A stretch of DNA of 64,000 nt from contig JAMOPY010000023.1 in the NCBI GenBank assembly GCA_027064305.1, positions 1 through 64,000 on the forward strand, in the 5' to 3' direction. A model generated the notes under the pieces. The model did no database searches. It saw nothing but the letters and a program-made list of their open reading frames with translations, and had not been told where the DNA came from. Position numbers and translations under genes: made by a program. The stretch is from Methanobacteriota archaeon. Lineage in GTDB: Archaea > JAADCQ01 > Methanopyri > Methanopyrales > Methanopyraceae. This document shows, in pieces, positions 1 through 10,332 of the stretch. Position 1 is the stretch's first letter. The number at the start of each line of letters is the position of its first letter.

Positions 1-1
1 C

Positions 2-2191
2 CCCACCCTCTCCGACCTGAAGGACTGGGACCGACGACTCTTCTCCCGGTACCGGATCGCCGCGTTTCCAATCTGCGACATGTGTTGCCTCTGCACGTTC
101 GGCCGCTGCAACCTCGCCGAGGGACGGCGCGGGGCGTGCGGGATCGACCTCCGCGCCCACGCGGCCCGGATGACCACCATCAAGACCTGCATCGGAACCG
201 CGTGCCACGCCACCCACGCCCGACACCTCATCGAGTACGTCCTAGACCACGTCGGCGACGTGGAGATCGACCTCGGCCCCGAGATCGACGTGCAGACCCC
301 CATCTTCGAGACCCTCCTCGGGTTCGAACCCCGACGCGTGTCCGACCTGAAACGCGGCCTCGAGTACCTCGAGCGCGAGCTGACCCAGGTCCTCGCCGCC
401 ACCCACGTGGGCCAGGAGTCCGACCCCCACGACTACGAGTCCAAGGCCCTCCACGCCGGCATGCTCGACACCCTCGCGCTCGAGCTGGCGGACGTGACCC
501 AGATCGTCGCCTTCGACATGCCCAAGGGCGAGTCCCCCTTCGTCGAGTTCGGACCCTACGCGGCGGACGACTCCAAGCCCTGCATCCTCCTCATCGGCCA
601 CAACGTCGCCCCCGGCACCGAGGTCCTGGACTACCTCGAGGAGCGCGGGCTGGACGAGCGGGTCGAGGTCCTCGGCATCTGCTGCACGGCCTGGGACGCG
701 TCCCGGGTCGAGAAGCGCGCCAAGGTCATCGGACCCCTCTCCCGACAGCTGCACTACGTGCGAATGGGCATCGCGGACGTGATCATCCTGGACGAGCAGT
801 GCATCCGCGCCGACCTCGTGGAGGAGGCCCGCGAGGTGGGCACCCGCGTCATCGCGACGCGGAACGTCCTCATGGCCGGCCTGCCCGACGTCACGGACGA
901 GCCCACGGACAAGATCGTGGAACGGATGGCCTCCGGCGAGTGGATGGCCGTGTACATCGAGGACCTCGAAAAGGCGGCGAAGGTGGCGGTCGAGGTCGCG
1001 CTCCGCGTTCACGAGCAGCGCCGGAAGGAGCTGCCCCCACCCGACCCGGACGAGATCAAGCGGCACGCGGAGCGCTGCCTGGAGTGCGGCGACTGCGAGC
1101 GCGTGTGCCCGAACGACCTCCCCATCGTGGAGGCGCTGCGGAAGGCCCGCGAGGGCGACCTCGAGGACCTGGCCGAGCTCTTCCACCGGTGCGTGGGCTG
1201 CGCCCGGTGCGAGTCCGAGTGCCCCGCGAAGATCCCCGTGATGCGGATCATCGAGGACGCCTGGCGCCTGAACGCCCGGGAGGAGCGCTACCGGGTCCGC
1301 ACGGGCCGCGGCCCGATCAAGGACGTGGAGATCCGGCAGGTCGGCGGCCCGATCGTCATGGGCGACATCCCCGGCGTCGTCGCCTTCGTCGCCTGCCCCA
1401 ACTACCCCGACGACATCCGCGAGGTCGGCCGGATGGTCGAGGAGCTGCTGGAGCGGAACTACATCGTCGTGACCTCCGGCTGCACGGCCATGTGCCTCGG
1501 TTACTACACCGACGAGGAGGGCAAGACCCTGTACGAACGGTACGAGGACCGGTTCGACGCCGGCTGCCTCGTGAACACGGGCTCCTGCGTCTCCAACGCG
1601 CACATCCTCGGCGCCTGCATCAAGATCGCCGCCATCTTCGCGAAGAAGCCCCTCAAGGGCAACTTCAAGGAGATCGCCGACTACATCCTCAACCGCATCG
1701 GCGCGTGCGGCGTCCTCTGGGGCGCCATGAGCCAGAAGGCCCTCGCCATCTCGACCGGGTTCACCCGCTGGGGCATCCCCATCGTCTACGGCCCGGCCGG
1801 GCTCAACTACCAGACCCTGTACATCGGCGACCTGGACGGCGACTGGACCGTCTACGACGCCCGCACGGGCGAGGAACGGGAGGAACACTGCCCCATCCAC
1901 CTCAAGTACGCGGCCGAGGACTGGCGCGAGGCCCTCGTCCAGGCCGTCAAACTGTGCATCCGGCCCAACGACACGCCCCAGGGCCGACAGACCAAGCTCC
2001 AGAACTACGTGGAACTGTACCGGGAGTTCTACGGCGAGCTCCCGCCCGACCTCCCACTCTACGTCCGCGACGAGAACGACGTCCCCCTCACGCTCCGCGA
2101 CGAGATCCTGGAGTACCTGAAGGAGATCGGCTGGAAGCCCCGGAAACCCATCTCCGAGCCCACCCTGCTGAAAGGGCAGGAGCGGGGCTGA
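2..2191 (+). CDS. cdhA: Acetyl-CoA decarbonylase/synthase (ACDS) alpha subunit, CO dehydrogenase; 5' end lies outside the window
   Basis: Open frame from base 2 (PTLSDLKDWDRRL...). Has the CDMCCLCTFGRC/GACG Fe-S ligands, HATHARH, C-cluster motifs (GHN, GICCT, DEQC, ACPNY, SGC, GSCVSNAH) and an internal 2x CxxCxxCxxxCP ferredoxin domain. Confidence 0.97.
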   Translation, partial: PTLSDLKDWDRRLFSRYRIAAFPICDMCCLCTFGRCNLAEGRRGACGIDLRAHAARMTTIKTCIGTACHATHARHLIEYVLDHVGDVEIDLGPEIDVQTPIFETLLGFEPRRVSDLKRGLEYLERELTQVLAATHVGQESDPHDYESKALHAGMLDTLALELADVTQIVAFDMPKGESPFVEFGPYAADDSKPCILLIGHNVAPGTEVLDYLEERGLDERVEVLGICCTAWDASRVEKRAKVIGPLSRQLHYVRMGIADVIILDEQCIRADLVEEAREVGTRVIATRNVLMAGLPDVTDEPTDKIVERMASGEWMAVYIEDLEKAAKVAVEVALRVHEQRRKELPPPDPDEIKRHAERCLECGDCERVCPNDLPIVEALRKAREGDLEDLAELFHRCVGCARCESECPAKIPVMRIIEDAWRLNAREERYRVRTGRGPIKDVEIRQVGGPIVMGDIPGVVAFVACPNYPDDIREVGRMVEELLERNYIVVTSGCTAMCLGYYTDEEGKTLYERYEDRFDAGCLVNTGSCVSNAHILGACIKIAAIFAKKPLKGNFKEIADYILNRIGACGVLWGAMSQKALAISTGFTRWGIPIVYGPAGLNYQTLYIGDLDGDWTVYDARTGEEREEHCPIHLKYAAEDWREALVQAVKLCIRPNDTPQGRQTKLQNYVELYREFYGELPPDLPLYVRDENDVPLTLRDEILEYLKEIGWKPRKPISEPTLLKGQERG

Positions 2192-2196
2192 GCCAC

Positions 2197-2670
2197 GTGC
2201 CCCTACCCAAGGACCCCACGTTCCTGTACACCGGCCGGGCCGAGACCGCCCGCGCCCCCGTCCTGCGCACCCTGCTCAAACGGGCGGACGAGCCCCTGGT
2301 GGTCGTGGGGCCCCGGGCCGCCGAGGACGAGGAATGGCGGGAGCGCGCCGCCCGACTGATCCAACGACTCCGGGCCACCGCCGTCTGCACGGCCCCCTAC
2401 CGGGGCGACGACCTGGGCCGCAAGATGGGCCTCGTCGAGCTCGCCACCCTACTGCAGCGGGACGCCCCCGTCCTCGGCTCCCACCCCGACGTGGTCGCCT
2501 TCACCGGCTCCCGACCGGACGTCACGGACCGCGTGCTCCAGAGCCTCCGCCACGCCCGGCCCGACCTCGTGAAGATCTCACTGAACCCCGAGTACCACCC
2601 GAGCGCCGACTACTCCCTCCCCACCCTGGACCGGGACGAGTTCCTGCGCGAGCTGGACCGACTCGCGTGA
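2197..2670 (+). CDS. cdhB: ACDS epsilon subunit
   Basis: C-terminal part of ORF 82..2670 (LLKRADEPLVVVG, ISLNPEYHPSADYSLP); directly after cdhA. Start GTG 2197, or CTG 2188. Confidence 0.85.
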   Translation: MPLPKDPTFLYTGRAETARAPVLRTLLKRADEPLVVVGPRAAEDEEWRERAARLIQRLRATAVCTAPYRGDDLGRKMGLVELATLLQRDAPVLGSHPDVVAFTGSRPDVTDRVLQSLRHARPDLVKISLNPEYHPSADYSLPTLDRDEFLRELDRLA

Positions 2671-2686
2671 GGTTGGGGGCACCCGG

Positions 2687-4597
2687 ATGGTCGAGATGGA
2701 GGACGTCCAGATCGAGATCCGAGAGCTCCGCATGGAGGAACCCCCGAAGGTCCGGGGCGCGGACGGACCCACCCTGCGCGACCTCCTCCCCTGGGACCGC
2801 ACCCTCACCTCCCTCTACGACCTCACCGTCGTCCCCGGCGAGTCCGAGGAGGAGCGCCGGGAAACCCTCCGCACGATCGCCCACCTCTGCTGCCAGGGCG
2901 CGGCCACCCTACTCACCACCGCTCGACTGACGGTGGACCTGCTCCGCCGATCCGGCGGCGAGCTGTCGCCCGACTTCGAGGCCGAGAACCCGCTCCCCCT
3001 CTTCGAGACCCTCCTGAACGACGCCCCCGAGCGCGCCCCTGACCTCGAGACCGGGCTCTACTACGCCGAGCGGGAGCTCACGCGCTCCCTGGCCGAGCTG
3101 ACCCGAACCCACCGGCTCGAGGACTACGAGGCCGTCGCCCTCCACGCCGGCACGGCCGGGGTCCTGGCGGCGGAGATCGCGGACGCCGCCCTCGCCACCC
3201 TGATGGAGACCCAGGACGCCGAGGAGACCTTCGAGGTGGGGGCCGAAGACCTCCCGAACCGCCCCACCGTCCTCCTGATCGGGCACCTCCCGCTCCTCGG
3301 GCGCGCGATCGTGGAGGAGCTCGGCGCGCTCGCGCGGCAGGTGGAGCTCGTCGGGCTGACCCACACCGCGTGGCCGGACGCGGACGATCACGTCCGGATC
3401 CTGGGCCCGCTCTCCATGTACCGGGAGTACGTCGCCTCCGGCCTGGCGGACGCGGTGGTCGTGGACGGCGCGTGCCCGGGCGAGGACGCGGTGGAGGCGG
3501 CCCGGGAGGCCGGGTCCAAGCTGATCGCCACCACCGGCGCCCGCGCGGCGGACCTACCCGACCTCACCGACGAGCCCCCGGAGGCGATCGTCGAGACCCT
3601 CGCCTCGGAGGAGGACGCCGTCTACGTCGAGGACCCCCTGAAGGCCGTGGAGGTCGCCGCCTGGACGGCGCTCCGCGTCTCCGGCGCCCGGGACCGCGGC
3701 GCGGCCCCCTCGTGGCGGTTCCGCGTGGGCCCGCCCACCCGGCTCTCGGACGTGGTCATCCGGAACGTGGGCGTCCCCGTCGTGTCCGGCGACATCCCCG
3801 GCCTGGTCGTACTGCTCTCCTGCCCCGAGCGCCCCGAGGACGCGGAGGAGCCCGCGAAGATCGCCGAGGCCCTCCTGGAGCACGGTTACCTCGTCCTCGT
3901 TCCCGGCTGCCTGGGCGTCGCGCTGGGTCACCATCGGGACGAGGAGGGGCGATCCCTGTACGACCGGTACCCGGACACCCTGCTCCACACCGGCCCCTGC
4001 ACCTCCGCCGCGCACCTGGTCGGCGCCTGCGTCCGCGTCGGCGTGATCTTCGGCAAGCTCCCGATCCGGGGCCGGTTCACCCGGGTGGCCGACTACGTGC
4101 TCAACCGGGTCGGCGCCTGCGTGGTGGCGTGGGTGAAGGACCCGTCGGAGCACCTCGTCTCCGTGGCCTACGGGGTGACCCGGTGGGGCGTGCCCGTGGT
4201 GCTCGGCCCGGAGCCGGACGCCGGCTCCCTCCTGACCGACCGAGAGGCCCGCGTGTTCGACGCCCGCTCGGGCGAGGAGGCGGAGGATCCCACCCCGGAG
4301 CACCTCCGGTGCGCGGTCTCGGACTGGAGGGAGGCCGCGGTCACGGCCGCCCGCCTCTGCATGCGCCCCAACGACACCCCGGAAGCCCGGCAGAAGAAGG
4401 TCGAGGCGTACGTGGAGCTGTACCGGGAGCTGTACGACGAGCTGCCCCCCGACCTGGACCGGCTCATCCGGGACGAGAACGACGTCCCCCTCGCGCTCAA
4501 GTCCGAGCTCCTGGAGCGCCTGAAGGAGTCCGGCTGGACGCCGGGCTCGCGCGCGTCCGACCCCACCTTACTCCCGCCCGAGGAGGGCGAGGGGTGA
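2687..4597 (+). CDS. Degenerate CdhA paralogue lacking Fe-S cluster domains (probable pseudo-enzyme)
   Basis: Colinear with the upstream cdhA (PTLRDLLPWDR, DIPGLV, IADY/VADYVLNRVGAC, LCMRPNDTP) but lacks the N-terminal Cys cluster and the internal ferredoxin domain. ORF is intact (636 aa). Confidence 0.85.
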   Translation: MVEMEDVQIEIRELRMEEPPKVRGADGPTLRDLLPWDRTLTSLYDLTVVPGESEEERRETLRTIAHLCCQGAATLLTTARLTVDLLRRSGGELSPDFEAENPLPLFETLLNDAPERAPDLETGLYYAERELTRSLAELTRTHRLEDYEAVALHAGTAGVLAAEIADAALATLMETQDAEETFEVGAEDLPNRPTVLLIGHLPLLGRAIVEELGALARQVELVGLTHTAWPDADDHVRILGPLSMYREYVASGLADAVVVDGACPGEDAVEAAREAGSKLIATTGARAADLPDLTDEPPEAIVETLASEEDAVYVEDPLKAVEVAAWTALRVSGARDRGAAPSWRFRVGPPTRLSDVVIRNVGVPVVSGDIPGLVVLLSCPERPEDAEEPAKIAEALLEHGYLVLVPGCLGVALGHHRDEEGRSLYDRYPDTLLHTGPCTSAAHLVGACVRVGVIFGKLPIRGRFTRVADYVLNRVGACVVAWVKDPSEHLVSVAYGVTRWGVPVVLGPEPDAGSLLTDREARVFDARSGEEAEDPTPEHLRCAVSDWREAAVTAARLCMRPNDTPEARQKKVEAYVELYRELYDELPPDLDRLIRDENDVPLALKSELLERLKESGWTPGSRASDPTLLPPEEGEG

Positions 4598-4603
4598 GTC
4601 GAG

Positions 4604-6010
4604 TTGACGAGCCTGTCGGACCTGCCCGTGGACGTGAGCCCCCGACACGAGGGCGAGCGGATCCGCAGCGGTGACATGTACGTGGAGCTCGCCGGCCCGA
4701 AGAGCTTCGGCGCCGAGCTCTTCCGCGTGGTGGACGAGGACGAGCTTGAGCCGGACAAGGTCGAGGTGATCGGCCCGGACATCGACGAGATGGAGGAGGG
4801 CGAGAGGTACCCGTTCGGTATCCTCGTCAGGGCGGCCGGGGAGGACCTGGAGGAGGACGTGGAGGGCGTCCTAGAGCGGCGCATCCACGAATTCTGCAAC
4901 TACGTGGAGGGTTTCATGCACCTAAACCAGCGGGACCAGATCTGGTGCCGCGTGTCCAAGGACGCGGTCGAGAAAGGCTTCCGCCTCGAGCACCTGGGCA
5001 TCGCCCTGCGGGAGCTGTTCAAGGAGGAGTTCGGCAACGTGATCGACGCGATCGAGGTCACCCTGATGACGGACGAGGACCGCGTGAAGGAGTTCGTCGA
5101 GAAGGCGCGGGAGATCTACCGGAAGCGGGACGAGCGGGCGCGCGAGCTCTCCGAGGAGGACGTGGACGAGTTCTACGTGTGCCTCATGTGCCAGTCCTTC
5201 GCACCCACGCACGTGTGCGTGATCACCCCCGACCGGCCGAGCCTCTGCGGCTCCATCACCTGGCACGACGCCAAGGCGGCGTACAAGATCGATCCCGAGG
5301 GACCGATCTTTCCCATCGAGAAGGGCGAGTGCCTGGACCCGGAGGCGGGCGAGTACGACGGCGTGAACGAGGCGGTCAGGGAGCACTCCCAGGGCGCCGT
5401 GGAGCGCGTCTACCTGCACTCCTGCCTCGAGCACCCGCACACGAGCTGCGGCTGCTTCCAGGCGGTCGTGTTCTACATCCCGGAGGTGGACGGGTTCGGC
5501 ATCGTCGACCGCGAGTACCAGGGTGACACCCCGCTGGGCATGCCCTTCTCCACGCTGGCGGGCGAGGCGAGCGGGGGCGAACAGAAGCCCGGCTTCGTGG
5601 GCGTGTCGTACGGGTACATGGAGTCGGACAAGTTCCTCCAGTACGACGGCGGTTGGGAGCGCGTCGTCTGGATGCCCAAGGCGCTGAAGGAGCGGGTGAA
5701 GCACGCCATCCCGGACGAGCTGTACGACAAGATCGCCACCGAGGAGGACGCGACCACGGTCGAGGAGCTCCGGGAGTTCCTCGAGGAGGTCGAGCACCCC
5801 GTCGTCGAGCGGTGGGAGGAGGAAGAGGAGGAGGTTGAGGCCGAGGAGGAGAGGGCCGAGGAGGCCGCCGAGGAGCGCCCCACCATGGAGCTGGAGGAGC
5901 TGCCCGTCGCGCCCGGCGGCGGGCTCAACGTGAAGATCGTCCTCAAGAACGCCAAGATCTACGCGGAACGGGTCATCATCAAGCGGGAGGACAGGGAAGG
6001 AAAGGGTTGA
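4604..6010 (+). CDS. cdhC: ACDS beta subunit (acetyl-CoA synthase)
   Basis: ERRIHEFCNYVEGFMHLNQRD, CLMCQSFAPTHVC and HTSCGCF A-cluster motifs; acidic C-terminal tail. Confidence 0.97.
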   Translation: MTSLSDLPVDVSPRHEGERIRSGDMYVELAGPKSFGAELFRVVDEDELEPDKVEVIGPDIDEMEEGERYPFGILVRAAGEDLEEDVEGVLERRIHEFCNYVEGFMHLNQRDQIWCRVSKDAVEKGFRLEHLGIALRELFKEEFGNVIDAIEVTLMTDEDRVKEFVEKAREIYRKRDERARELSEEDVDEFYVCLMCQSFAPTHVCVITPDRPSLCGSITWHDAKAAYKIDPEGPIFPIEKGECLDPEAGEYDGVNEAVREHSQGAVERVYLHSCLEHPHTSCGCFQAVVFYIPEVDGFGIVDREYQGDTPLGMPFSTLAGEASGGEQKPGFVGVSYGYMESDKFLQYDGGWERVVWMPKALKERVKHAIPDELYDKIATEEDATTVEELREFLEEVEHPVVERWEEEEEEVEAEEERAEEAAEERPTMELEELPVAPGGGLNVKIVLKNAKIYAERVIIKREDREGKG

Positions 6011-6765
6011 TCCTCGCCTTCACCGGGAAGGGCGGGACGGGGAAGACCGTCCTCGCCGCCCTCACCGTCCTCGAGCTCACCGAGCGCGGGGCCGGCGACC
6101 TCCTCGTCATCGACGCGGACCCGGACGCGAACCTCCCCGACGCGCTGGGCGTCGAGCCCGAGACCACGCTGGGCGAGGTGCGGGAGCGGTTCAAGCGCGA
6201 GATCGAGGAGGAGCAGCTCCCGCCCGGCTTCGACAAGCAGGCGTACATGGAGTACCTGGTCATGACCGCCCTCCACGAGACCGAGGACTACGATCTCCTC
6301 GTCATGGGCCGCTCCGAGGGCCGCGGGTGCTACTGCGCGGTCAACCACTGGCTCCGCCGGGTCATGTCCGAGCTCCTCCCGAGGTACGACCTCGTGATCA
6401 TGGACTGCGAGGCCGGGCTGGAGCACGTCAGCCGCGGCATCATCGACGGCGTCGACCTCGTTCTGATCGTGGTCGACCACTCCCGCAAGGCCCTGAACAC
6501 CGCCCGCCGGATCGTGGAGCTCATCGACGAGCTCGAGTCCGAGGTGGAGGACGTCCGGGTCGTGGCGAACCGGGTCACGGACCGGGAGTACCGCGTGATC
6601 CGGCGCGAGGGCGAGCGGATGGGGCTCTCCTTCCTCGGGCGCGTCCGCCCGGACGAGGAGCTGGTCGAGCTCGAGCTGCGCGGTCGACCGCTTACCGAGC
6701 TCCCGCCCGAGTCCAAAGCCCGGACCGACCTCCGCGAGATTCTCTCCCGGGCGGGGGTGTTGTAG
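6007..6765 (+). CDS. cooC: CooC/AcsF-type nickel-insertion ATPase
   Basis: GKGGTGKT deviant Walker A, DADPD, GRGCYC, DCEAGLEH; lies within the cdh operon. Confidence 0.9.
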   Translation: MILAFTGKGGTGKTVLAALTVLELTERGAGDLLVIDADPDANLPDALGVEPETTLGEVRERFKREIEEEQLPPGFDKQAYMEYLVMTALHETEDYDLLVMGRSEGRGCYCAVNHWLRRVMSELLPRYDLVIMDCEAGLEHVSRGIIDGVDLVLIVVDHSRKALNTARRIVELIDELESEVEDVRVVANRVTDREYRVIRREGERMGLSFLGRVRPDEELVELELRGRPLTELPPESKARTDLREILSRAGVL

Positions 6766-7968
6766 GTGTCCGAGCGCCGCCCGGAGGACCTGCTGCGGGA
6801 GCTGTTCAATCGCATCCTGGGCGAGGGTGAGGTGCGGGAGGTGGAGCTTCGGGACGTGTCGATCGAAGCGGACGAGCTGGAGCTCGAACTGCGCACGGTC
6901 GCCCAGGCGCTGCCCCGAGAGGTGTGGGAGCGGCTGGTGCGGCCCCGTGCGGAGGCGGTCGAGCGAGAGGTCGAGGTGCCCGAGTACGAGCCCCCGGTGG
7001 AGGAGTACGAGGGCGAGGTCGCCGAGGTCCAGCTCGGCGCGACGCGCTCCGAGGGCGGGACGCGGGATCGCGTGGTCAAGCTCGGCGGCGAGCGGGCTTA
7101 CTTCGTCTTTGAGGCCCCGCGACCCAACCCGCCCGTCGTCACCTTCGACGTGTTCGACACCCCGGACGTGGGCATCCCGGGTCCCATCCGGGAGGAGCTG
7201 GGGGACGTGATCGAGGACCCCGTGGACTGGGCCAGGACGGTCGTGAAGCGGTACGGCGTGGACGTGATCACGCTGCACCTGGTGAGCACGTCCCCGAAGC
7301 TGCACGACGCGCCCGTGGAGGAGGCGATGGAGACCCTGGAGGACGTGCTGGACGCGGTCAAGGTCCCGATCATCGTGGGCGGCTCGGGCGACCCGGAGAA
7401 GGACGTGGAGGTGTTCGTGAAGGCGGCCGAGGTGTGCGAGGGCGAGCGGGTGATGCTCTCCTCGATCAACGAGGACATGGACTTCGAGCGGGTGGTCGAG
7501 GCGGCCAAGGAGCACGGGCACGTGGTCCTGACCTTCGCGCCGGTCGATGTTAACATGATGAAAACCCTGAACAAGCGGGTGCTCAACCTGGGCCTCTCGA
7601 AGGAGGACGTGGTGATGGACCCGACCACGTGCGCGCTCGGCTACGGGATCGAGTACACGGTCGACGTGATGACCCGGATCCGCCTCGCCGCCCTCCACGG
7701 CGACGAGTACCTCCAGATGCCCATCTCGAGCGGTTCGACCAACGCGTGGGCCGCCCGGGAGGCCTGGATGAAGGAGGAGAGCTGGGGCCCGCGCGAGTAC
7801 CGGGGCCCGCTCTGGGAGGCCGTGACCGCGACCACCGTCGCCCTGTGCGGCGCGGACCTCCTCATGATGTTCCACCCCTGGGCCGTCCAGGTCGTGCAGG
7901 AGGCGCTCGAGTACATGGGCCGGGAGCGGGAGGTGGGGGACGTGCACGTTACGGACTTCATCGCCTAG
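6766..7968 (+). CDS. cdhD: ACDS delta subunit (corrinoid Fe-S protein small subunit)
   Basis: IIVGGSGDPEKD, MDPTTCALGYGIEY, NAWAAREAW, GADLLMMFHP. Confidence 0.96.
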   Translation: MSERRPEDLLRELFNRILGEGEVREVELRDVSIEADELELELRTVAQALPREVWERLVRPRAEAVEREVEVPEYEPPVEEYEGEVAEVQLGATRSEGGTRDRVVKLGGERAYFVFEAPRPNPPVVTFDVFDTPDVGIPGPIREELGDVIEDPVDWARTVVKRYGVDVITLHLVSTSPKLHDAPVEEAMETLEDVLDAVKVPIIVGGSGDPEKDVEVFVKAAEVCEGERVMLSSINEDMDFERVVEAAKEHGHVVLTFAPVDVNMMKTLNKRVLNLGLSKEDVVMDPTTCALGYGIEYTVDVMTRIRLAALHGDEYLQMPISSGSTNAWAAREAWMKEESWGPREYRGPLWEAVTATTVALCGADLLMMFHPWAVQVVQEALEYMGREREVGDVHVTDFIA

Positions 7969-7980
7969 GGGGTCGCCCCC

Positions 7981-9378
7981 GTGCCGCGAGCCGACGTGAT
8001 GGAGGTGTACAACCTCCTCCCCAAGTCCAACTGCGGAGCCTGCGGCTGCAAGACCTGCATGGAGTTCGCGACCAAGCTCGTCAACAGGGAGGCCGACCCC
8101 GAGGACTGCCCGAACCTAGACGAGGACTCCCTGAAGAAGCTCCGCGAACTCCTCGCCCCGCCCGTCCGCGAGGTCACCATCTGCCGGGGCGACCGCGAGG
8201 TGGTCGTGGGCGGCGACGAGGTCCTCTTCCGCCACGAGCTCTCGTACTTCAACCCGCCCCCCGTGTTCATCGCCGTGTACGACGACATGGAGGAGGACGA
8301 GCTGCGCGAGAAGACCGAGCGCGCCCAGGAGTTCCAGGTCGAGCGCGTGGGCGAGACCCTCCGCGTGGACGGGCTGGCCGTCGTCTCCCGGACCGGCGAC
8401 CCGGAGCGATTCGCCGCGGCCGTGGAGACGGCCGTGGAGCACTCCGAGGACCTCGCGATCGCCCTGATCTCGCAGGACCCCCGGGTGCTCGCGGCGGGCC
8501 TGGACGCGTTCGACGAGCGCCCCCTCCTCTACCCGGCCACCGAGGAGAACCTGGAAGACCTGGTCGAGCTCGCGGCGGAGCACGAGTGCCCGCTCGGCCT
8601 CCACGCCACCGAGGTCGAGGACCTGGTCGAGCTCTCGGTCCGCGCGCGCGAGCGGGTGGAGGACCTGCTCCTGGACCCGGGCACGGAGTTCGGCCCCCAC
8701 GACGTGGTCGCCACGACGGACAAGCTGGCCGAGCTCCGCAAGGCCGCCGTCGAGGAGGAGTTCGAGCCCCTCGGGTACCCCACCCTGGTCACCACCTTCC
8801 CGTACCGCTTCCTGGAGGACGACCCGGTGGAGGCGGCCCGGCGCGAGTCCTACCTCGCCGCCGCCTGCGTGCTCCGCTACGCGGACGCCCTGATCATGGA
8901 CACCCTCGAGCCCTGGGCCCTGCTGCCCGTCCTGACCCAGCGCCAGTGCATCTACACGGACCCGCGCGAGCCGCAGGCGGTGGACCCGGGCCTCTACAAG
9001 ATCGGGGACCCGGACGAGCACTCCCCCGTGCTCGTCACGACCAACTTCACCCTCACGTACCACTGCGTGGCCGACGACCTTGAGAGCGCGGACGTGGACT
9101 GCTGGCTCCTCGTCATCGACACGGGCGGGCTGGCCGTCGACGTCAGCGTCGCGGGCGGCCAGTTCAACGGGCAGGCGGTGAAGGAGGCCCTCGAGGAGTT
9201 CAACGTGGAGGACAAGGTCAACCACCGCGTGCTCGTGATCCCCGGCAAGGCCGCGGCGGTGAAAGGGGACGTCGAGGACGCGACCGGGTGGAAGGTCGTG
9301 ATCGGCACGCAGGACTCCTCAGAACTCCCCGAATTCCTCGAGAAGGAAGGGCTCCTCCGGATCAAGGAGGAGGGATAG
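7981..9378 (+). CDS. cdhE: ACDS gamma subunit (corrinoid Fe-S protein large subunit)
   Basis: LPKSNCGACGCKTCMEFA, GGDEVLFRHE, IYTDPREP, VLVTTNFTLTY. Confidence 0.97.
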   Translation: MPRADVMEVYNLLPKSNCGACGCKTCMEFATKLVNREADPEDCPNLDEDSLKKLRELLAPPVREVTICRGDREVVVGGDEVLFRHELSYFNPPPVFIAVYDDMEEDELREKTERAQEFQVERVGETLRVDGLAVVSRTGDPERFAAAVETAVEHSEDLAIALISQDPRVLAAGLDAFDERPLLYPATEENLEDLVELAAEHECPLGLHATEVEDLVELSVRARERVEDLLLDPGTEFGPHDVVATTDKLAELRKAAVEEEFEPLGYPTLVTTFPYRFLEDDPVEAARRESYLAAACVLRYADALIMDTLEPWALLPVLTQRQCIYTDPREPQAVDPGLYKIGDPDEHSPVLVTTNFTLTYHCVADDLESADVDCWLLVIDTGGLAVDVSVAGGQFNGQAVKEALEEFNVEDKVNHRVLVIPGKAAAVKGDVEDATGWKVVIGTQDSSELPEFLEKEGLLRIKEEG

Positions 9379-9382
9379 CCCG

Positions 9383-10318
9383 GTGACCACCGTGCTGGTG
9401 ACGGGCGGGGCCGGCTTCATCGGCTCGCACGTGGTCGAGGAGCTCGTCGCCCGCGACTACCACGTGGGCGTCGTCGACGCCCTCATCACCGGTGACCTGA
9501 CCAACCTCGAGCGCGTGCTCGACGACGTCGAGTTCTGGCGAACGGACGTCCGGGATCCCCACGGGCTCGAGACCGTCCTCCGGGAGCTACAGCCCGACGT
9601 CATCGTCCACCTCGCCGCGCAGACGAACGTCCGCTACTCCATGGACAACCCCCTCGCGGACGCGACCGTGAACGCGATCGGAACCCTGAACCTGGCCGCC
9701 CTCGCCGCCCGCCACGAGGTCGACCGCCTCGTGTACGCCTCCTCCGGCGGGGCCGTGTACGGGGAACCGCGGTACCTACCCGTGGACGAGGAGCACCCCA
9801 CCCACCCCATCTCCAACTACGGCGCGTCCAAGCTGGCCGGCGAGCACTACGTCCGCGTGTACGCCGAGGCGTACGACCTCGACCACGTGATCCTCCGGTA
9901 CGCGAACGTGTACGGGCCCCGCCAGGACCCGCGCGGCGAGGCCGGCGTCATCCCGATCTTCCTCCTCCGCGCCGCCAGGAACGAGCCCCTCCGCGTCTTC
10001 GGCGACGGCGAGCAGACCCGGGACTTCATCTTCGTCCAGGACGTCGCCCGCGTGACCGCCGACGCGGTCGAGCGCGGGCACGGCACCTACAACATCGGCT
10101 CCGGGCGGGAGACCTCCATCAACGAGCTCATCGACCTCATCCGCGAGGTCACGAACCGGGACGTGAAGGTCGTGTACGAGCACGCCCGCCCGGGCGAGGT
10201 GCGCCGCATCTACCTGGACGTCACCCGGGCCCGCAAGGAGCTCGACTTCGAGCCCGAGACGGACCTCAAGGAGGGTATCAAGCTCACCTGGGACTGGATC
10301 CGGAAACACGTCCTCTAA
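9383..10318 (+). CDS. galE: NAD-dependent nucleotide-sugar epimerase (UDP-glucose 4-epimerase-like)
   Basis: GGAGFIGS, HLAAQ, YGASK, YANVYGPRQDP, GDGEQTRDF. Confidence 0.85.
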   Translation: MTTVLVTGGAGFIGSHVVEELVARDYHVGVVDALITGDLTNLERVLDDVEFWRTDVRDPHGLETVLRELQPDVIVHLAAQTNVRYSMDNPLADATVNAIGTLNLAALAARHEVDRLVYASSGGAVYGEPRYLPVDEEHPTHPISNYGASKLAGEHYVRVYAEAYDLDHVILRYANVYGPRQDPRGEAGVIPIFLLRAARNEPLRVFGDGEQTRDFIFVQDVARVTADAVERGHGTYNIGSGRETSINELIDLIREVTNRDVKVVYEHARPGEVRRIYLDVTRARKELDFEPETDLKEGIKLTWDWIRKHVL

Positions 10319-10332
10319 GGGGAGGCCCGACC

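Noticed and set aside
5800-5880. GAG-rich repeats in the cdhC tail (also 48945-49250 and 62760-62800)
   Set aside because: They simply encode poly-Glu linkers typical of this acidic proteome; not a DNA repeat or CRISPR.
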